A stretch of 64,000 nt of DNA from positions 120,838,001 through 120,902,000 of the forward strand of contig OX597814.1 of assembly GCA_951406725.2 (NCBI GenBank), written 5' to 3'. The notes under the pieces were generated by a model that ran no database searches, had not been told where the DNA came from, and saw only the letters and a list, made by a program, of their open reading frames with translations. The translations under genes were made by a program, and so were the position numbers. Shown here one piece after another: positions 55,748 to 64,000 of this stretch; the stretch's first letter is position 1; each line of letters starts with the position of its first letter. The stretch is from Octopus vulgaris (lineage: Eukaryota).

Positions 55748-56235
55748 TTTGGTATTTAAACTTAAACTATCAAAGTAAACTGCGGAGAAATACAGAATAA
55801 ATAAAAGCCTAAAAAGCTTCATTGTGACATGTTGGTAGCTAGATATTTAGGAAAGCTAAAAATATATTAAAACACCGCTGAAGACGAAGTGGAATAAAGC
55901 AATATTTTAAAGATGAATTTATAGTAATACTGCAACGATATAAGAAAGTAAATTTGTATATTAGATAAATTAAATTGACACATACAGAAATAAAAAATAA
56001 ATAAGAATAATGGGTATTAAACCACAGAATCAATACATATGCATATGTAAATACATACACACACGCAGACACAAACACACACACACACATACAAAATATG
56101 TATATTTATATATATATATAATAACTCATCTTCACATCAGGTCACGAAAAAATATCACATTCAGTACAGACATATGCGTATGCACAATTTTATTATAACT
56201 TGAAACAAGAGGACGAAGATTAAACGAATGAAAAA

Positions 56236-56310
56236 CGTTATTTATATTTGACGGATATTTGTCCTCATCTTGTTTATTGTGAACAAAATGTTTCGGTTGA
56301 TATAACCTCT
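56236..56310 (-). mobile_element. Isolated SINE family C tail fragment
   Basis: Reverse complement is tatatcaaccgaaac..aaacaagatgaggacaaatatccgtcaaat. Confidence 0.7.
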
Positions 56311-56438
56311 ATAAATGGCTGATGATTGATCAACATTTTAAAACTGTTGTAATATTTACAATATTTAATAAATGATGTAGCGTGAAACGATCGTACCAAA
56401 TTACCTAAGTTATTCTTGTTGCTTATTTTTGATGATGA

Positions 56439-56505
<67 letters not shown>

Positions 56506-57733
56506 AACATACACACACGTATCTACATAGAGTAAAAGGTAGAATGGATAATAATGGAGACATTGGTATGAACACACTCATCCACATACACACATACATA
56601 TACATACATAAAAACATAGCTACATACATTCATGTGGATATATATATATATATATGGGTGTGTGTGTGTGTGTGTGCATGTATATATACAGATTTGACAA
56701 TGAGTCACACGACAGTAAATCAAAATTCCATAAATACTATTTTCAATTTTGTACTGACTTAAATGGAAAAAATGTGTCACTCAAGAAGCATATCAGTTTG
56801 AACTCATTTCATGATGTTTCATACAAAGATGCTTTTCCTACGTTCATGCAGTTGTTAAACATCAATAAATCTTGGAATTTATACAACCCTGTATCACCTA
56901 ACTTCGTAGCATTCCTGACCGAAGTTCTAGAAAATTTGATCGTTATATATACCTTTAAGTTAGGATGTGGAACCATGGGAATATGACATATGCTCAAGTT
57001 CGATTGATTCAATAGAACTTGCTCGGTCAAAAATAGATAATTTGTACAAGGCAATAAATTATATGATGAAACAGAATGACATGCTAGCCATGCGGATGGC
57101 AGCTGCTCTCTTGAACACACTTAAGGAAATAAGACGATATATCGTATACCCCTTGAGTATCATATTGGCTTAAAGAAAGGAAAACACAAAGCTCGATTAT
57201 TAAAACACTGCAGTATTTGAATCAATATAATGAATAATGTCAATCTTTACCTACTCATGATACCTTCCGGCTGTCTAACACTGTTTGAATAATACCAACT
57301 GTTTGCTTTCAAAAATTGATTTGCAAAGTAAACGTCAGTTTACTTCCTATAGAATATATTTATTGATTGCTAATTACATACATTATAATGTATTGATTAA
57401 TAATTAACTTCATATTATTTCGGTTAACTGATCGAACATTTGGCACGAATGGTAAACAAAGCCGTCTTGCTGCGAAATATCTTCGTTTCTTCACATATTC
57501 AAGAAATTATCAATATTTTTGAAGAGAAAATTAATTAGCATTCATATTTAAAAGTTTCATCTGCTGAATTTTACAACTCTGATCGTCTGATTGTCCTAAA
57601 CATATATAGATATAAATATATATATATATATACACACACAATATTGCAATATTTGTATACATAACATATATGTATAAGTATTTATATATATACACATATG
57701 AATATATATATGAACATAAATATATATATATGC

Positions 57734-57790
<57 letters not shown>

Positions 57791-57792
<2 letters not shown>

Positions 57793-58160
57793 AGGAATTT
57801 CAAACTTGTTTCGTGGTCTGCTACCACAACAACTCCTTTATAGGATCCAGTTTACTCAAGACATCATCAGGAAGAACGACGTCCAGTTTCGGTCCCTACT
57901 CCTCTAACGTTTTGACGTGGCGCCCCAAACCCTTTTGGCGGCATCTTCAGCTCTGGTGTTGGCTGCATGTCTTCTTTCTTCTTCTTACTTCTGTTCTCTG
58001 GCTTCTTCGATGTCAACGGGTGTGAGCGGGCGACTGACTGTCTTTCAAATTTCCCTTTAAATACCTGCTGCTAGGCTCCAACAGGCAACCGCAGCAAGTT
58101 ATCCCGGGACACTGTCTCAACTTTAACTGACCAATGAAGGCGCGTAATTTTAGCCCACGC
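57791..58160 (-). mobile_element. pLTR-like repeat with two hammerhead-like cores, copy 2, directly downstream of the Hero ORF
   Basis: ATTGG, TATTTAAA, TCAGT, CTGAAGA..CGAAAC..CTGATGA..CGAAAC. Confidence 0.7.
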
Positions 58161-58259
58161 ATTCTCTAAACGAGACCGTCATCTATCAATCAGCGAAGCT
58201 TGTCTCACCTAATGATGTTATTTTCCTGCCGGCATGTTATGAATATATATATGAGCATA

Positions 58260-59062
58260 AATATATATATGCATTTTTGGTCTTCCCGCGTCAGCCATAT
58301 ACAGAAACTGGCTTTTCCGACCGCCATCTGTACTCTCCTTATTAGTTTTCTCAGCTCCGAGCTAGAGAAAACACAACTTTGGCATTTTACTTTCAGTGAT
58401 GACTCTAGACCCCACTGCCAGGTGGTAATACTCGGCATTCCATCCCTGTTCTCTGCACTCTTCGATTAGTTTTTCGTACCTCTTCTCCTCTCGTTTCTCT
58501 GCATTGTCGATGTTCTCTTCCCATGGCACTGCCAGTTCTAGCAAAATTCCTATTCTCAGTTCTCTGTCCCATAGGACTAAATCTGGTCTTTTTGTCGTTT
58601 TTATGAGTGGAAATATTACTAGTCTTTCCAAATCCGTCACCAGCTCCCAATATCCCTCCCATCTTTCGTCTATCTCGTATATTTTATTTGCAGGCATGGC
58701 TTTATATCCTTTTCCCTCCTTCTAGAAGTACACTTTCCTGCGCTTTTCCACTTTTGGGTACTTTCCCCTATTGTACCTCTCGATCTTCTCCTTGAGTGCT
58801 GCGCTTATGATGCCGAGGACTTGATTATGACGCCATGTATACCTTTCTATTGCTAGTCTGCAGTTTGACAGAAAATGTCTAACCGTCGCTTTCTCTCCGG
58901 ATCTACACTCATAGGTTGCTTTTATGTTCCACCGGCCTAAGTTTGTCGGTGAGAGTAAAACGTTGAAGGTAGACTTAATCAGGAAGGATGTTCTTGCATG
59001 TTCCCAAACCCAAAGTTCCTTCCATGATATTCTGCGGCTGATCACATATTGTTCCCATCGCA
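58260..59062 (-). mobile_element. Hero-like LINE C-terminal ORF remnant
   Basis: ISWKELW..SFLIKSTF.VL.SP.NL..W, H.LSNC..RYTWRHNQVL, RPDLVLW..LELAVPWEE, AVGSR, KASF.IWL. Confidence 0.9.
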
Positions 59063-59081
59063 GTCATATATATATATACAT

Positions 59082-59290
59082 TAATGCAGAAGCAGACGAC
59101 ATAACAGATTTTAGGACGTCTTTGGACAAATTCCTTCAAGAAATCTCGGATGAACCTCCTACACCCGGATATGACTCTGCTAACAATAACTATATGAGTA
59201 GGACCATGTTGTCCGATTCCTCATTTGAATTACTTATCCAGGTAGTGCTACTAAGTTGGACATGGCCAAGGAAAATTCTGGCCGAAACGT
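59082..59290 (+). mobile_element. CR1-type LINE 3' end
   Basis: F..SLDKFLQEI.DEP..PGY..A.NN. Confidence 0.7.
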
Positions 59291-59404
59291 TTCAAAATAT
59301 CAAAATATATTTATGTGTGTGTGAAAGAGAGAGAGTGTGTGTGTGTGCTTGTGTGCCTGTGTGTTTGTATGTATACACACACATACACACACATACACAC
59401 ATAT

Positions 59405-59480
<76 letters not shown>

Positions 59481-59555
59481 GGTGGACTGCCGCCTTAAAT
59501 GATTTTTAGTCGAAAACATCGACCCCTGGAATTGTTACCACACAGCCAGCCGTGC

Positions 59556-59600
<45 letters not shown>

Positions 59601-59619
59601 GTTGTTTTTGTATACATCT

Positions 59620-59812
59620 ACTGCTGCTCTTAGCTTAGATTTACCACATTGAAACGGTCTTGAGTATAACCATCCGAAACTCCACAGATAATATGGAAAT
59701 CGACTGACGAAAGAAAGCTGCGAATGACCGCTCTTTCTTTTTTCTTGTCCCTTTTTGTATCATCCAACGGTCTGGATGTTTTGTTTTCGCCTGTTACGTT
59801 CTTGTCCCAGCA
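59620..59812. repeat. Unclassified interspersed repeat; second copy at 60465-60700
   Basis: Shared cttagattt..tataaccat.cgaaact..agataat.tggaa..ttttgtatc..tctggat. Confidence 0.65.
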
Positions 59813-59876
59813 TTAATTCTTTTTTATTTAGATATAGCAGCGCATGTATACTTTGGTTTCTTATATGTAAGTACAG

Positions 59877-60030
<154 letters not shown>

Positions 60031-60464
60031 AAATTTTGTACGACTCTCTTATTCTTTCCTTCTTTCTTTCAGCCCTTCCCAATTTGCCCCTCTCTCAAAC
60101 TTCTTGGCCTTCCCTTCATTTTTAACTTTCCCTCCTCTTTTACTTCACTTTGCCTTTTATCTTTTATCTCGTCCCTCCTTAATTTTTCTATCCCTCTGGC
60201 TCTCTCCTCTCTTCTCGTTCCACGTGACCGGTGTTCTGCCAAGCTTGACCTTTCTTTCTTGGTTCGACTTCCATCCGTGCAACATATATATTTCTTCCCA
60301 TACATGTCATATTCAATGTCCCTGCCGTAATGATTTACATCCACACACGCCAGCTTAATTTAATTCGTACTTAGTCGAAAGACACATGTTGTTAATGTCC
60401 TGTTGCTTGAATTTATATTTGTGTGCCACTTCTCTGTTTCCTATTCCGTTCTTGTTTTCGAATA

Positions 60465-60697
60465 CATTCGCTGCTTTCTTCCAAGGAATCTATTGTACTT
60501 AACTTAGATTTTCCCGGGGACTGGCCACATTGGAGCGGTATTCAATATAACCATGCGAAACTGCAAAGATAATCTGGAATACCAATGAAGAAAGAAACCC
60601 CCGAATGTTACCCGTCCATGTTTTCTCTTGGCCCCCTTTTTTGTATCAACTGTCTGGATATTTTCTTGTCGCCTGTTGCCTTATTGTCCCATCTTTG

Positions 60698-60700
<3 letters not shown>
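60465..60700. repeat. Unclassified interspersed repeat, homologous to 59620-59812
   Basis: Visual alignment. Confidence 0.65.
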
Positions 60701-60773
<73 letters not shown>

Positions 60774-60774
<1 letters not shown>

Positions 60775-60888
60775 TACGGAGATGTACTTGCATAGCAAGT
60801 GTCCTGATGAGAGATCGTGTGCTGGAACGAAAACAGTTCTAGCGTGGAAGGTGTTTATAAGCCATTTAAGAAACACACAAACACCGTT
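60774..60888. mobile_element. Fragment of the repeat at 35206-35320
   Basis: ttacggagatgtacttgcatagcaagt...gaaacacacaaa..ccgtta. Confidence 0.85.
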
Positions 60889-60900
60889 ATACACACACAC

Positions 60901-60983
<83 letters not shown>

Positions 60984-62042
60984 CATATATATACATATAC
61001 GCATACATATATGAGTAGATTTTCCTTCGGTACCTACGATATTTTTAAGGGAGAGGTAGTCTAATCATATGGAATCAAATCATCCGACTGGCTTCTACAC
61101 CATTCCTGTGTTCCCATATTTATTCGCAATCCTTCGACTCAGTCATCGATAGTTTAAATTTGCTTAGCTAAGTTACTATGAAATGTGATAGGAAGTTAAT
61201 TACATGTCGGGCTGTACTACGATTAATGGTTTCGCATTCATGGAGCGCTTAGCGATATATAGGTGCCAAAAAAAGTTTGAAAAATGTTGCTCTCAGTTAA
61301 TTTGTAAACAAAAAAATATATATATACTGTCCGAGCCCTAAGTGGGGCGAGTTTTCCACACTTAGATCGCTTCCAGTCAGCAAAACATTTGTGGCCCTAA
61401 CGAACGACCGGGAAATCTCGCTCTTGCAGTTGGTATAATTTAAATTGTAGACAAGTCCTGAAGACATTTTTTGTAATTTGAAATTCACAGTTTAGCTGAT
61501 ATAACACACATTCAAATTTCGTTACAGACGTTAGTATATGAGCAGTATGCTTACGTGTACCAAGCGGACCATAGATGCAGCTTTGAGGGAATACTATTTA
61601 TTATAGCCTGCAAGAAACTTGCTTTAATGTCTGGACACAAAATATGAAGAAATCATTGCTAGTTTAAAATCTCCGAAGTTATAGACGATCGTTGATTAAT
61701 TCCGGGTTTTATTGGCATGTAGAACATCGTTACGAGTTAGAATATGCGCATTACACAACATTGTGTGTGCACAGTCGTTTTGAAGTTCTTAACCCACGCA
61801 GAATTTTAATATATGAATCCTTTTCGTAAGCAACAAAAAACCCCCAGAAAAATGACACATTCAAAGTAAAAAATATTTACAATAAAATACTATTCAAATC
61901 TCATGTATTTTCTTTATCAATCAGACGCTAAATTACAAAATTATAGTGAACATGTGACCTATTTTCAAAACTGAAACAATGTAGGAATTGTCTACAAAAA
62001 AACTTATTGAATTTGTTTATCTCATAAATATAATGTTTCTTT

Positions 62043-62082
<40 letters not shown>

Positions 62083-62266
62083 CTCATGTATAATCGATTA
62101 AGCAGTAAGTAAAACAATAATTTGAATGAAAGCGTCTATAAATTTTGTTTTCTTTTCGCGAAATTAACAAACAATATTATTTCAAATAGACAAATTACAA
62201 GAGTCATCCATCAAACTGAAGCACAATAATTAAACTCGATATTGCAATACTTGTAATATAAGCGCT

Positions 62267-62268
<2 letters not shown>

Positions 62269-62349
<81 letters not shown>

Positions 62350-62371
62350 TATATATATATATATGTATATG

Positions 62372-62431
<60 letters not shown>

Positions 62432-62445
62432 TATATACATATACA

Positions 62446-62477
<32 letters not shown>

Positions 62478-62584
62478 CATATATATATACACATATATAT
62501 ATATATATATATTGATATATATTTATATATATATATATATTTGTATATATATTGATTTATAAGTATGTATATACGTATATATAC

Positions 62585-62668
<84 letters not shown>
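62269..62668. repeat. (TA)/(TG)/(GA) compound microsatellite
   Basis: Read directly. Confidence 0.95.
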
Positions 62669-62672
<4 letters not shown>

Positions 62673-63410
62673 GTATGTGTGTCTGTTGTCTGTGTGTCTG
62701 TGTGCGATAGCTAACGTACTGAATATGGTAGCTTCCATCTTGCATAAAATTATAATTTTGAACCCCTCAACAAATTCTTTCGTATGTTGAAGAATATATA
62801 TTTAATTGATTAAACTCGTCTCCAGATAATTCGCTAGGTAATCGATGCATTATTCATTGTAATATATTCTCTGTGACATAACAAGAAGAAAAATCTGAAA
62901 GGCGGATACCATGATTAATATTTGAATAATCACTATTTTTGAGTAATAGATGTAGTCAGTTAAATTGGTTCGCTAATGAGTGTACCGATAGTAAAACAAC
63001 TAGATTCAAAATAAAATTATAAAAGAACGTATATTTTAAGAAGTGCAACTAATGAGAAAACATTGTATGTTTTCCTGATAATACGTTGTCGAGATATCAG
63101 CTTGAAAGACAGGAGTTTCACTATTTGCTTCAGTGTAGGAAATAGACGAGTTATAAATGTTATGAATAACATTTATTTTGTCATAATGTCCAGGATGGCA
63201 GTTTTAGTGTTAATGACAATGCCAGTGCTAGTCGGAATATTATCGCCAGTAACAATACAAACTACTAAAAGAAAAATGTTTGGACATTACGATAAACAAT
63301 TTGACGATATTCGATAATTGTATATTCCGCTGACAAACGGAATAGTTACTCTCTTCACTTATGTAACTAGCTTCTTTCAGATTCTAACGAAAATACAAAC
63401 AGACACACAC

Positions 63411-63414
<4 letters not shown>

Positions 63415-63508
<94 letters not shown>

Positions 63509-63577
63509 GGATATATACATATATGTGTGTGTTTGTGTGTGCAGAAATATTACAGAGGCATATAAATATAAATATAT

Positions 63578-63615
<38 letters not shown>

Positions 63616-63740
63616 CACACATTCACGCACACATACACATACACATACGCACAAATTCACGCACACACACACATTCACATACGCACAAAGAAACACACAC
63701 AAACACAGACATACATACACGCATACATATATATATATAA
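63415..63740. repeat. (TA)/(CA) compound microsatellite
   Basis: Read directly. Confidence 0.9.
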
Positions 63741-64000
63741 TATAACTGGAAGTAAATATCGATGTAATATATATGTGTGTATGTGTTTATGGATGCATGT
63801 AGAAGTTTGCATGTTTACTTGTGAATACTTATGGACAGTTGCCCAAGTGTTTAAAAGTGTAAGTGAAATATAACATCTACGCATGGAACTGTACTTGTAT
63901 TATATGAATATGTATATATGTGTGCGTATACCTATTTACATACAAGTAGAATGCAGTAACGTTAGTCAATAGATATATATTCCAGTCTCTCCTAAAAACA

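Noticed and set aside
59670-59715. CGAAAC..CTGACGA as a type II hammerhead
   Set aside because: No proper cleavage triplet or helices, and the box is not conserved in the second copy
61297-61800. Possible old PLE fragment (SGLVY..NC) on the minus strand
   Set aside because: YIG half and RT motifs not recognisable
63063-63400. Two in-frame hydrophobic ORFs separated by one stop
   Set aside because: No recognisable family; hydrophobic bias is expected in AT-rich DNA

Overview
AT-rich, microsatellite-dense eukaryotic DNA. The SINE families and repeat content look like a cephalopod (Octopus-type) genome, which is an inference. No intact host protein-coding gene is recognisable, and most ORFs in the track are translated microsatellites. 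The window is a mosaic of decayed mobile elements: four tRNA-headed SINE families, R4/Dong-like and Hero-like restriction-endonuclease LINEs, CR1 and RTE fragments, a mariner fossil and two Penelope-like (Naiad-type) RT/GIY-YIG elements. The most notable signal is a set of hammerhead-ribozyme (HHR) motifs. One near-canonical minimal HHR sits at the 3' end of a Naiad-type element. Another lies in the tail of a tRNA-headed SINE that also carries Penelope-style inverted 3' ends. A double-HHR-like, promoter-bearing module shares the 3' motif AATTCCTCATCT with that SINE. Several fold-back repeats, a duplicated 49-nt exon-like unit and candidate spliced non-coding transcripts on both strands are also present.
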